This document shows, piece after piece, positions 41,153 through 50,800 of a stretch of 64,000 bases of DNA (positions within the stretch are counted from its first letter, which is position 1; each line of letters opens with the position of its first letter). The stretch covers positions 379 to 64,378 of the IMG/VR virus record IMGVR_UViG_3300033990_000391. One strand, 5' to 3'. Source of the DNA: a virus. Taxonomy: Duplodnaviria > Caudoviricetes. The position numbers and the translations under genes were made by a program. Under the pieces are notes generated by a model that worked only from the letters and a program-made list of their open reading frames with translations, was not told where the DNA came from and did no database searches.

Positions 41153-41577
41153 CAGTCTTTCGCCGCGTGGTAAACTTTGGAATCCGTATCGACGTTAATT
41201 TCGTATTTCTTCGCGCGGGACAAGATGCGTTTGGCTGCACGCTTTTTCTTTTCTTCGGAAGCCCACTTGTGCTTGTCGAAATAGGATAAGGCTGAGCGGA
41301 CACGCTTTTCCGTATCCAGGGGAAACAGATAATCATCGGGATCAGCATATTCCGACCGATCCTTGGGGTAGCCCTCCGGGGGAGTCTTGTGTCGATTGGG
41401 TTCCGCCTTGCCCGTGCGGGGGAACAATTCTACCCGTTCGGTATCTTCAAAAACGTAAATTTCCCCACTTTCAATGGGATACACGTGTGTTAGACCGTCC
41501 GAACCTTTGAAAACGGCCATTTTCGGTTCGGTTTCGTGTACAACGGTCTGTTTGGCCAGTTTGACAAGCATCAACAA
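41152..41577 (-). CDS. Small head-module protein (DUF6582-like)
   Basis: YADP..Y.FPLDT...VRSA.SYF...I...AKKY.I motif. Confidence 0.65.
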   Translation of the reverse strand: MLMLVKLAKQTVVHETEPKMAVFKGSDGLTHVYPIESGEIYVFEDTERVELFPRTGKAEPNRHKTPPEGYPKDRSEYADPDDYLFPLDTEKRVRSALSYFDKHKWASEEKKKRAAKRILSRAKKYEINVDTDSKVYHAAKD

Positions 41578-41657
41578 CCTCTGTTATAATGCCCTCCATC
41601 AGAGTTAATGATTATATCTTCAACCCATACCCATTCCAAAGGAAAGAAAATTTTCAA

Positions 41658-41957
41658 ATGTCCAACACAGTTCCTACTGAAATCAGATACCTTCTCCGTA
41701 TTCTAAATCAGTATCCAATTCATACCGCGCCGGAACTGTTTTCAATCATTCAATTCAAGGATGAAAATAACACTTTTCCCAACGTTTTCAAGACACTGGA
41801 AAATCTGGAAAATACCCTTTGGAAATTAGAAGGATTTCAAGTAGATATTTACGACACTTCAGTTTGTTCCGTTACCGGTAGAATTCTTAACCGGTGGTGT
41901 GTCAAACACGGTCGAATGACTGTTTTTTTACCACTTCGAGGATTGATGTATTCATGA
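41658..41957 (+). CDS. Hypothetical protein
   Basis: ORF coupled (ATGA overlap) to the glycosyltransferase; start uncertain. Confidence 0.5.
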   Translation: MSNTVPTEIRYLLRILNQYPIHTAPELFSIIQFKDENNTFPNVFKTLENLENTLWKLEGFQVDIYDTSVCSVTGRILNRWCVKHGRMTVFLPLRGLMYS

Positions 41958-44740
41958 AAATCCAACGCGTGCATGGTATTATTGCCAATACACAAGGAAG
42001 CGGGATGTATCGCTTCATTATTCCCAATCAATTCTTGTCCATGCGCCCGGACTATGCGGGTTCGTTTTCCCTGTTCCCGCCCGATCCGGGGGTGGCATCC
42101 CTTTATAACCGTATCGTGTTCCAATTATCCCACCATGATTATCAATTCCATGAAGTAAAGCGCTATAGAACACACATCTGCAAAGACGATTTCGAGATGC
42201 TCTACGAAATGGATGATCTATACACCCACATACCGCAAGACATGTCCGAGCGCGGTAAAATACCTCGAAACCAGTTGCGGGAACGGCGGCGTTTTCTGTC
42301 TTTGATGGACGGGATCGTCGTGAGCACGCACGCCCTCAAAGAAGTTCTTCTGGAGGAAAAATTGACCGATCTGGAAATAAGGGTAGCCGAAAACGGGCTA
42401 CTTCCGCGACCGTTCCGCACGCCGTCTGCGAAAGGAGATAAGCCCCGGATCGGATTTTACGGGTTGACAAGTCATGCTAAAGATCTGGAAGTAATCGTTC
42501 CGATAGTTCTTGATACCCATAACAAATATCATTGGATTTTCCTGGGATATTGTCCCCCGCAAATCAAGGATAAAGTAGAACACGTCGAAGAAATTCCGGA
42601 TTTCATGACTTATTTGGGTCGTCTGTCCTCCCTGCATCTCGATCTCGTTCTCGCACCTCTGGAAGACACGCTCTTCAATAGTTGCAAATCCCCCATAAAA
42701 ATTATGGAAGCGGCTTATACCGGAGCGGCAGTCATCGCATCCCGAAACGAAGTATTCAAGGGATTTCCCATTACTTACGTCAAACATCGCACGCGCGATT
42801 TTCAAAAGGCCATCGAAGATCTCTTGGCAGACGACGATGAACGCATTCGTCAAGCAAAGGCCCTGCAAGAATACGTCAGACAGAATCACATGATCGAATT
42901 CCGCCAGGAACAATTTGAATACGCGTGGAAAATTCCAAAAGAAATCAAGGAGTTCAAATATCCCTCCGGAATTATCATCGACCATTCCGCGCAGATTGAT
43001 CCCTCGTCTCGTCCTCAAATTCCCATCTTTATTCCGGCCCTTCCCAGTGATCCCTATGCACACCTTCTTTTTGAACGTCTTCAACAACTCGGACTCTGCC
43101 CACAATTGCTCGAAGATGATTCCGATCCCCCCGAAGGATTCTCTAAAACAGTCAATCACGGGGTTAAAAAATACTTTGAAAATAATCCCGAAACGGATTT
43201 CATTCTTCTGAATTCAGACACGAACCCGGATCCAAACTTTGTGGATGTTTTGTGCAGGGATGCTAAAAATACCCCCGATGCCGGAACGATCACCCCTCTT
43301 TCCAATCATGCCACTCTTGCAACCTACCCATTTCCCCTGATCAGCACCGAAACTGTCCGTCAAACACCCTGGAAGGATCTGAAATCACCTTTACTGGAAG
43401 TGCCCACGGGTAACGGCTTCTGTATCTGGATTAGTCAAGCCGCATGGAAGGAATTCGGTCCTTTCGATACGGAAACTTTCCCGAACGGATATGGAGAGGA
43501 AACCCTGTTTTGTCAACAAATACGACCCAAATACCGCAATTATCTGACCCGGAACACCTATGTCGAACATTTGGGTTCGATGAGTTACGGAAATTCAGAC
43601 AGATCAAGACTGGAACAAAAAGCTTTTCAAAGCATCACCCAAAAGTTCCCCCAATACGCCCAGGAAGTAGGATTCATTGGTCAAAAACTCCTTAAATGGC
43701 ATGAAGATACGGACCGGAGATTATTGGGCGAGAACAACAAAATTCTGTTTGTCACAAACCGACGCGGCGGAGGATCCGAGGTTTGGCTCAACCTCGCCCG
43801 CGAATATCTATGCGGTAAAACCAGCCGAACCGCACTCACTTTGCGTCCCCACCAGCAAAAAAAGGGATTTTATTCAATCGACGAAATTCTCCACGATCAT
43901 CCCTTACCACCCGTCCCGGATCTGAGATTATTTTGCGAAAAGGAAAACATTGTCCTGATCGTAGTCAGTCAATTGATTGATTACCCACTCGAATTCGCTA
44001 CTGCCATTCGCACTTCCGGAGTTCCTTATCATATTTATCTTCATGATTTTTATTATTGTTGCCCGCGCATCACATTCTTCGATCATCATAATGAGTTTTG
44101 CGGTTATCAAAAAGATCCCCTCGTCTGTAATGCCTGTATTGCCGGAAACCCGCCTTCCGTCTTTCCACCGGACATTCGTATCTTTCGGGATACGTGGAAA
44201 TTGTTTCTGTCAGGTGCCGAAAAAATCACTGCTCCTTCCGAAAATACAGCCGCAATTTTCAAGAACTATTATCCAGATCTACAAATCGTGATCGATTCCA
44301 CCATTTGGGAACGGTACGCGAGTGGAAAAAGTTATCCGTGCAAACGGGAAGCAATTCAAACACGCAAGGTGGCTGTTCTCGGAGCGATAGGCGCGCCCTA
44401 CAAAGGAAGCGAAGTTTTGCGGGCAGCCATGAAACTTCCTGAACATCCCGAAATTCATGTCTACGGCATCTTTCAACATCCCCGATCCATTCCCAGGGAC
44501 GCCCATGTGATTTTTCATGGAGATTATGAAAAAGAGACCTTGCGCAGTCAACTCGAACGGGATGGAATCTCGGAAATCTGGCTTCCGATGGACTGGGACG
44601 AAACCTGGTCATTCGTATTATCTGACGCCATTGCAACCGGAATACCTATAAAATGCATGAAAAAGGGAGCAATGGCTGAACGAAAAACCCCCCAAATAAC
44701 TTATGTAGAGGAATTTACATGGGCAGACTCATCCCGATGA
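41954..44740 (+). CDS. Multidomain glycosyltransferase (GT4-like + GT2 + GT4-like)
   Basis: G.G.YR...P, EMDD, APL....FNSCKS.IK..E; GFS..VN.G, LLNSD, GYGEE; GGG.E, HDFY..CPR, KG, ETWSFVLSDA. Confidence 0.9.
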   Translation: MKIQRVHGIIANTQGSGMYRFIIPNQFLSMRPDYAGSFSLFPPDPGVASLYNRIVFQLSHHDYQFHEVKRYRTHICKDDFEMLYEMDDLYTHIPQDMSERGKIPRNQLRERRRFLSLMDGIVVSTHALKEVLLEEKLTDLEIRVAENGLLPRPFRTPSAKGDKPRIGFYGLTSHAKDLEVIVPIVLDTHNKYHWIFLGYCPPQIKDKVEHVEEIPDFMTYLGRLSSLHLDLVLAPLEDTLFNSCKSPIKIMEAAYTGAAVIASRNEVFKGFPITYVKHRTRDFQKAIEDLLADDDERIRQAKALQEYVRQNHMIEFRQEQFEYAWKIPKEIKEFKYPSGIIIDHSAQIDPSSRPQIPIFIPALPSDPYAHLLFERLQQLGLCPQLLEDDSDPPEGFSKTVNHGVKKYFENNPETDFILLNSDTNPDPNFVDVLCRDAKNTPDAGTITPLSNHATLATYPFPLISTETVRQTPWKDLKSPLLEVPTGNGFCIWISQAAWKEFGPFDTETFPNGYGEETLFCQQIRPKYRNYLTRNTYVEHLGSMSYGNSDRSRLEQKAFQSITQKFPQYAQEVGFIGQKLLKWHEDTDRRLLGENNKILFVTNRRGGGSEVWLNLAREYLCGKTSRTALTLRPHQQKKGFYSIDEILHDHPLPPVPDLRLFCEKENIVLIVVSQLIDYPLEFATAIRTSGVPYHIYLHDFYYCCPRITFFDHHNEFCGYQKDPLVCNACIAGNPPSVFPPDIRIFRDTWKLFLSGAEKITAPSENTAAIFKNYYPDLQIVIDSTIWERYASGKSYPCKREAIQTRKVAVLGAIGAPYKGSEVLRAAMKLPEHPEIHVYGIFQHPRSIPRDAHVIFHGDYEKETLRSQLERDGISEIWLPMDWDETWSFVLSDAIATGIPIKCMKKGAMAERKTPQITYVEEFTWADSSR

Positions 44741-44967
44741 ATCCTGACGACGAAAGCCCGTTTGACGAAGAAGAAGAACAGTTTTATTACGAAAAAGACA
44801 TGATTGAACGTATTCGTTCGGGTCTCGCAACTTCAAGAGATGCCGAATATCTGGTCTCTCTTAAATGTCTTTCTCCCAAACTCACAGATAGGGTGGCAAA
44901 TGGTCTTGCCACCACTCAGGATGCGGATGAAATAGCGATACGGTTGGGAATTTTCTTTCATGAATGA
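44737..44967 (+). CDS. Small acidic protein
   Basis: Coupled ORF with an internal repeat R...GLAT..DA. Confidence 0.6.
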   Translation: MNPDDESPFDEEEEQFYYEKDMIERIRSGLATSRDAEYLVSLKCLSPKLTDRVANGLATTQDADEIAIRLGIFFHE

Positions 44968-45316
44968 AGAAAAGTTTCCCATTAAAAAAATAAAACGTCT
45001 AAAAATCGGACGGTCTCGATTCGATTTTCTGCATACACTTCCCAAAACTGGAATCGTAGGATTCGCGGACTTTGATCATAAAACCTTACACGTATCCCCC
45101 GACCAAATTCCCGAAGAATATCTTGAAACTCTCCTGCATGAAATTTTACACGCCGTATGGAGAGGACGCGGATTGCCCAATCGGGTGACTGAGGAAAAGG
45201 CGGTCACCCGACTTGCACACGGACTCACGGAAATTCTGCTCGAAAATGTCAAATTTGCCGATTATCTAGAATACCTGGTTCACGTATCGCACGGAAAAAC
45301 TGAGGAAATTCAATGA
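44960..45316 (+). CDS. HExxH metallopeptidase-like protein
   Basis: ETLLHEILHA...EE. Confidence 0.75.
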   Translation: MNEEKFPIKKIKRLKIGRSRFDFLHTLPKTGIVGFADFDHKTLHVSPDQIPEEYLETLLHEILHAVWRGRGLPNRVTEEKAVTRLAHGLTEILLENVKFADYLEYLVHVSHGKTEEIQ

Positions 45317-46557
45317 CTTCAATTGTATGTCCGTCCTGTCAATCCACAAACACTAAAAAATTCGGGATGCGTTTAAGAAAATCCGGAAAGGTTCAAAGTT
45401 ATTTTTGTAACCAGTGCCAGTATAGATTTGTCGAGCCTGCTCTATCCAACGGAGTTTCCAACAAATCCATACCGGAAGATATTCTACAACAAAAACACAT
45501 GGATGAGCTTAAAAACAGCAATGAACGATACGAACATCTTCTCCGGGAACACGTTGAACGGGAAAAGACCTATGAATTCATAGCTGGATTCCACAATCGT
45601 CCCCTGATCGTGCCCCAATGGCTCTCTCCACCCAAGAAATCCGGAACATGTGATAGGGCGATTGCTACTTTGTTTCTGTCCGATACGCATTTTGATGAGG
45701 TTATCGATCCCGAACAGATCGGACAAATGAACTGTTATAACCGCAAAATCGCCCGTGAACGTCTACACAAATTTTTTGAAAGTGCGTGTATCCTGATTCG
45801 GAGTTCTTTTAGTGGTCTCATCATCGACGGGGTAGTGATCGCATTGGGAGGAGATCTATTATCCGGGGAAATTCATAGCGAACTCAGGGAAACTAACGCT
45901 TTTCCACTTTTGGAAACGGTCTATTACTGGACCCAGGAACTGGCTTCTGAATTGGAAGCGTTTGCGAAGAACATTGAGGTTCCGCTTTTCATTCCCTCAG
46001 TCGTCGGTAACCATACCCGACGAACGCACAAACCAATCGCCAAAAACCGTGTCGAAGACAATTTCGACTGGTTGATCGCTAAATTGCTCGAACGACACTT
46101 CGACAAGAACCCCCAATTTTCGTTTTCGATTCCCAAATCAGCCGATTGCCGTTATTCAGTCTATCATACCCGTTATCTGCTCACCCACGGAGACGCTTTC
46201 TTCGGAGGTTCCGGAATTTCGGGGATCATGACCCCCATCGCACTAGGGAATTATCGTACCCAGCGTAGGGAAAAAGGTTCGCGTGACGGATCCTATGATG
46301 TCATGATCATGGGTCATCATCACCACCTCATGTTTCTGGGCGACATCATCATCAACGGATGTTTGTGCGGAATGGATGAGTTTGCCTATACCCGCCGGTT
46401 CGGATTCGAGCCCCCCCAACAAGCTTTCTGGTTGACCGATCCAAACTGGGGAATAACACTATCAGCCCCCATCCATGTCGCACCCAAACCGGAATGGACC
46501 ATAGAACCGTCTTCGTTTCCGTCACCGTTTTCAACCCAAAAGGTTGATAAAACATGA
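45313..46557 (+). CDS. Calcineurin-like metallophosphoesterase with N-terminal Zn ribbon
   Basis: CPSC..CNQC; SDTH, GGD, GNH, HGD, GHHH. Confidence 0.88.
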   Translation: MTSIVCPSCQSTNTKKFGMRLRKSGKVQSYFCNQCQYRFVEPALSNGVSNKSIPEDILQQKHMDELKNSNERYEHLLREHVEREKTYEFIAGFHNRPLIVPQWLSPPKKSGTCDRAIATLFLSDTHFDEVIDPEQIGQMNCYNRKIARERLHKFFESACILIRSSFSGLIIDGVVIALGGDLLSGEIHSELRETNAFPLLETVYYWTQELASELEAFAKNIEVPLFIPSVVGNHTRRTHKPIAKNRVEDNFDWLIAKLLERHFDKNPQFSFSIPKSADCRYSVYHTRYLLTHGDAFFGGSGISGIMTPIALGNYRTQRREKGSRDGSYDVMIMGHHHHLMFLGDIIINGCLCGMDEFAYTRRFGFEPPQQAFWLTDPNWGITLSAPIHVAPKPEWTIEPSSFPSPFSTQKVDKT

Positions 46558-47291
46558 AGGTCTTAGATATACCCTACACGGATACATACCCTCCGACATC
46601 CGAAGTACGACCCATGCATATCTATCATCGTCCCCCCATCAGCACATCATCCGTTGACAGTTTAGGCAAAATTGCCCAACGAATCCCCCGAGAAAGTTCT
46701 GTTCTGGATCTGGGATGTGCGACAGGGACATTGGGTCAATATCTGAACCTTTACCAGGACGCCGTGGTCGATGGAATAGAAATCAATTCCGAAGCAGCCG
46801 AATTTGGATTGGGCTATCGTCGGATCTTCGTAAAAGATCTGGAATCCGTTATTCTCAAAGACATTCTTGAAAATGCGACCTACAGCGTCATCGTTTGTGC
46901 GGACATCCTTGAACATCTCCGCGATCCGGCCCTTTTGTTGAGACAATTGTCCGGTCTCCTGATTCCGGGCGGGAAACTTCTAATCTCCATCCCCAACACG
47001 GGGTACGCCGGAATCATTCTGGAATTGCTGTCCGGAGAGTTTTGTTACCGCGAAGAGGGTCTGCTCGACCAAAATCACCTCCGCTTTTTCACCCGCCGCA
47101 GCTTTTTGCGCCTGCTCAATAAAAACGGATTCGATGGAACCGTCGTGGATCGAATCATCCTCCCACTGGAACACTCTGAATTTTCTTATTTAAGTTATAT
47201 CCTAACGAAAGAAAAATACCCGCCAAATCTGGAATCTCTCGAAGACGGCACAACTTATCAGTTCATCATCGAAGCCTATCCACATACCTGA
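46554..47291 (+). CDS. Class I SAM-dependent methyltransferase
   Basis: VLDLGCATG, ADILEHL.DP, SIPN, GLLD..HLRFFT. Confidence 0.9.
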   Translation: MKVLDIPYTDTYPPTSEVRPMHIYHRPPISTSSVDSLGKIAQRIPRESSVLDLGCATGTLGQYLNLYQDAVVDGIEINSEAAEFGLGYRRIFVKDLESVILKDILENATYSVIVCADILEHLRDPALLLRQLSGLLIPGGKLLISIPNTGYAGIILELLSGEFCYREEGLLDQNHLRFFTRRSFLRLLNKNGFDGTVVDRIILPLEHSEFSYLSYILTKEKYPPNLESLEDGTTYQFIIEAYPHT

Positions 47292-47301
47292 GATATTAAC
47301 C

Positions 47302-48030
47302 GTGAGTACAGAATATATCTTTGAAACAGCCTGTAAACTTCTATCCAGTAACCAATTACCCCCTGAATTTGATCAATGGGAGTTAACTAACGATGTGGTC
47401 GAGACTGTAGCCCATATTGCAGCCCGGCAGGGACATTTACCGGAAAACTTTAATCAATGGGAATTGGCAACTGAAGATGGCTGGACGGTTGCACATGAAG
47501 CAGCCTATCATGGACATTTACCGGAAAACTTTAATCAATGGGAATTGGCAACTAAAAATGGTCTTACTGTAGCCCATGTTGCAGCCTGTCATAGACATTT
47601 ACCAGAAAACTTTAATCAATGGGAGTTGGCAACTGAAGAGGGCGAAACAGTAGCTCATGTAGTAGCTTATTATAGTCCTTTACCCGAAAACTTTGATAAA
47701 TGGGAATTGGCAACTGAAGATGGCTGGACAGTCGCCCATGAAGCAGCACGTAATTGTAAACTCCCTTTAAATTTTGATCATTGGGAATGGGCAACTAAAG
47801 ATGGCTGGACAGTCGCCCATGAAGCAGTTCATAAAAAATTACCGGATAACTTCACTCATTGGGAATGGGCAGATAAAAATGGAACGACTGTAGCACACGT
47901 AGCAGCTTCTTTCAATACTTTACCACCGGATTTTTCAAACTGGGAATTAATTAATAAAAAGGGTTATACTGTTAAAAATATACTGGAATTGGAAAAGCAG
48001 AATAGTTGTTTCTTAAATGATTATTTATAA
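47302..48030 (+). CDS. 25-aa ankyrin-like repeat protein (copy 2)
   Basis: About eight G.TVAH.AA...LP.NF..WE repeats; N-terminus nearly identical to copy 1. Confidence 0.88.
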   Translation: MSTEYIFETACKLLSSNQLPPEFDQWELTNDVVETVAHIAARQGHLPENFNQWELATEDGWTVAHEAAYHGHLPENFNQWELATKNGLTVAHVAACHRHLPENFNQWELATEEGETVAHVVAYYSPLPENFDKWELATEDGWTVAHEAARNCKLPLNFDHWEWATKDGWTVAHEAVHKKLPDNFTHWEWADKNGTTVAHVAASFNTLPPDFSNWELINKKGYTVKNILELEKQNSCFLNDYL

Positions 48031-48043
48031 TAAATATCGACCT

Positions 48044-48331
48044 CTATGTCTCTAAAATTATCCGTCTCAAATAATCCCAATGGTTTTGTTGAATTGGGCC
48101 TAGTCTTGACTGATCCTTTTTAAGAATGAAGTAGACTGCAATTATTGATTCCTTCAATTCGTCAATAGCAGATTGATGGTCGAGACCAACGGCAAATTCC
48201 TCCAGATCCGGCGAATATGCTACAAACTGTTCACCGGCAGCTTCCACGTAAATCGGAATTGGAGACCTCAGATTCAACTCTGGCCGATCAAGATTCCCGA
48301 TAAAATATGCCGTTTTTTCTAATTCTGACAT
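48044..48331 (-). CDS. HicB-like (RNase H-fold) protein
   Basis: FVAYSPDL..FAVG.....AI..LKE.I pattern. Confidence 0.55.
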   Translation of the reverse strand: MSELEKTAYFIGNLDRPELNLRSPIPIYVEAAGEQFVAYSPDLEEFAVGLDHQSAIDELKESIIAVYFILKKDQSRLGPIQQNHWDYLRRIILET

Positions 48332-48424
48332 TACAATCGTCCTACTTTGGGTGTGGATCCGGATACCCTATAATTTTATCACGACTCTTTTGAATTTTCA
48401 AGTGTTTCTGACAACCAAGAACCC

Positions 48425-48453
48425 TTGACAAAATCAAATGGCCATGATAATAT
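48425..48453 (+). promoter_or_regulatory. Promoter upstream of the endolysin
   Basis: TTGACA, 17 bp spacer, TAATAT with TGn extension. Confidence 0.65.
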
Positions 48454-48459
48454 CCCCAT

Positions 48460-48540
48460 ATGATCATTTACGAAACACTAGTCTTCATTTTAGTCGTCTT
48501 ATTGATCCGGGAAATCCTTTTCTGGATCCTTAAAAGGTAA
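48460..48540 (+). CDS. 26-aa hydrophobic peptide
   Basis: MIIYETLVFILVVLLIREILFWILKR; ATG lies at the predicted start site; ends 6 nt before the lysozyme. Confidence 0.5.
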   Translation: MIIYETLVFILVVLLIREILFWILKR

Positions 48541-48546
48541 ATCAAT

Positions 48547-49071
48547 ATGATTATCAATAGCTTGTCCAGCCTTCTCGCTTACGACGAAGGCAGCGAATCC
48601 ATGCCCTACCAGGATACCAACGGGATCTGGACCGTCGGGATCGGACATAACCTCGAAGCCAATCCACTATCGGTCCTCGTTACGGACAGCATCTTTAAAC
48701 GAACCGGACTCGTTGAATCCCGTACATACCCCATGTCACTTGAGGGCATCCGTAAGGCGGGCGGACTGACCGAAAACGAAATTCTACTCCAGTTCGATGT
48801 AGATACGCGAGACGCGGAACACGGTCTCCCTATATGGATTGATGAACTCCATGACATCCAACCTGTCATCTACGCCGTTCTCATTGATATGGCATTCAAT
48901 CTCGGAGACGCGGGATTCCTGGAATTCGATACGTTCCTCGGATTCGTCGAACGGGGAGAATATGCTGCGGCAGCCGACGATCTCGAAAAAACCGAAGTGT
49001 ACCAGCAGCTCACAGTGCGCTATTCCCGGCTCGCAACCATGCTGAGAACCCAGGAATGGCCGACCGTATGA
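48547..49071 (+). CDS. Endolysin, GH24 (T4-type) lysozyme
   Basis: DEG....PYQDT.G.WTVGIGH catalytic E-D-T triad; DMAFNLG. Confidence 0.92.
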   Translation: MIINSLSSLLAYDEGSESMPYQDTNGIWTVGIGHNLEANPLSVLVTDSIFKRTGLVESRTYPMSLEGIRKAGGLTENEILLQFDVDTRDAEHGLPIWIDELHDIQPVIYAVLIDMAFNLGDAGFLEFDTFLGFVERGEYAAAADDLEKTEVYQQLTVRYSRLATMLRTQEWPTV

Positions 49072-49304
49072 TCGTTGGGTTCGGCCTGGCAGCGTTTGTT
49101 ATTGGGGATACCCTGGACCGGCAAAAGGCGGCCATCAAAACGTTTCACGTGGAACAGAAACAACCGGTTGCGCAGCTAGCGACCGCCCATCGGCTGGACC
49201 CAACCGTGCTCAAATCCTACATTGCGGCCCAAGTGTCCGAAACATCTGACCGGGCCCTGGCGCGCGTGCAGCAGCTCGAATTCCTGTTCGGTAACCATGA
49301 GTAG
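49068..49304 (+). CDS. Small protein with N-terminal hydrophobic segment
   Basis: ATGA overlap with the endolysin. Confidence 0.5.
   Translation: MIVGFGLAAFVIGDTLDRQKAAIKTFHVEQKQPVAQLATAHRLDPTVLKSYIAAQVSETSDRALARVQQLEFLFGNHE
49141..49156. promoter_or_regulatory. parS-like site
   Basis: CGTTTCACGTGGAACA; reverse complement is one mismatch from TGTTNCACGTGAAACA. Confidence 0.55.
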
Positions 49305-49947
49305 AACATCATATCTCGCCTGTTCGGTAACAGCGTCGTGATGCCGGTTATCCGGGAAGTAGCCCCACATGGTTCCCCACGTTCAGGTGGCGTCCACGTC
49401 ATGATAAACTGGTCTTGTATGACCATTTGAATGATTTAAAAGGTTATATATGACCTCTAATACGTAGTTCAAACAAAATATTCCATGGTATTGATATTCT
49501 GAAGGACAATGTACAAGAGTGCCGTAAACGATTATTCGACATCTTTGCCCAATCGACGAATCACTGGAACATCAAATATACCGGCTGACCGGTTCCCGGC
49601 TGACCCGTCAAAATTCCTGTCCTGTAACCCTCCAGTGCACAATAACAAAGGCATTGTTAATAACTAATGCATTGTTATCCTTTGGACCTGTACTTGATTA
49701 CGATTGCCTAAATACCTAATTATATCGGGTTTATCGCTATTCTTTGTCAAGTTACCGTACACAATAATTTTTAATTCCCGTGCGAACGGATTAACCCGTA
49801 TCCAGACCCATTCATTTGACGTATGAACAATATCATAAATTTTCCGTTTTTGCTTGCGAAAACATTATCTCAAGATCCTGACTAATGAAACGACATTTTG
49901 AAATTCGGCCACCATAACGGTCTACCACATACCAGTACGCCCAATTG

Positions 49948-50070
49948 TGCGGAGATTATTCCCCTATTCTCCGCATAACCACCGCAATTAATGCGGAGAA
50001 TAGCCCGTTTTGTCCATATTAACCCAGTAAACCGCCCATAATTATGATATTATCACACTATTCTCCGCAT
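49948..50070. repeat. Cluster of 13-bp CTATTCTCCGCAT repeats in alternating orientation
   Basis: Exact at 49964-49976 (+), 49991-50003 (-) and 50058-50070 (+); imperfect at 49948-49959 (-). Confidence 0.85.
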
Positions 50071-50199
50071 CCTTCACACTCTTTGCACCTTACCACCATA
50101 ACCTCACACATAAACCATAAAATTTCAAATTTCTCGCGCGAGAGGGTTAACCTGTCTCCCAGCCATACCCTATGGCCTTCCGCGCCCCCCCCCCGTGCC

Positions 50200-50430
50200 C
50201 TGCTGTCTTGCTGATTTCTGGATTGCTGTCGTGCGGATTGCTGATTGCTGGCCTGCTGGATTGCTGTCGTGCGGATTGCTGATTGCTGGCCTGCTGGATT
50301 GATGATTGATGATTGCTGATCGCTGGATTGCTGTCCGGTTCCCGGCCTGTCCCTGATTGCTGGCCTGCTGGCCGGTTCCCGGCTGGCCTGCTGACCGGTT
50401 CCCGGCTTGATTGCTGTCCTGATTGCCGTA
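50200..50430. repeat. GATTGCT / GGCCTGCT low-complexity array
   Basis: Many GATTGCT units plus three CCGGTTCCCGG copies; follows a C10 run at 50185-50194. Confidence 0.9.
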
Positions 50431-50598
50431 TAGGCCTGAATTCTTCAGTTTTTGCCCGTAGCTGCATTATCTCAAGCTACCGGTAGGTGAGGTATTACCC
50501 AGTGATAGAAAATGGATCCTGAGCGATATTTGGCCCGTTGGCCTGAGTACAATCGTGCACGGGTGCGCTGGCGATCTGAACTCGAACGAAAATAAATC

Positions 50599-50626
50599 CT
50601 GAAATTTTTCCAAAACGGGATATACT
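50599..50626 (+). promoter_or_regulatory. Early-type promoter copy 1
   Basis: A-rich tract, ATCCTGAAATTTT, TATACT 16 bp after CTGAAA. Confidence 0.7.
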
Positions 50627-50674
50627 ATCTATATCGAGATCGGGCCACGGGCCCCCAAACTTTGGAGACCTGAA

Positions 50675-50767
50675 ATGATCATCCTGATTTTTCTTGCTTG
50701 CGTCGGGGCCGGGATCCCAATCGGCCACAAAATCTATCGCGCACTTTGCGCAATGGGCATCTTATAA
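50675..50767 (+). CDS. 30-aa hydrophobic peptide
   Basis: MIILIFLACVGAGIPIGHKIYRALCAMGIL; GGAG RBS and hairpin leader. Confidence 0.6.
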   Translation: MIILIFLACVGAGIPIGHKIYRALCAMGIL

Positions 50768-50800
50768 CGGGCCCCACGGCCCCAAACTTGGAGAACTGAA

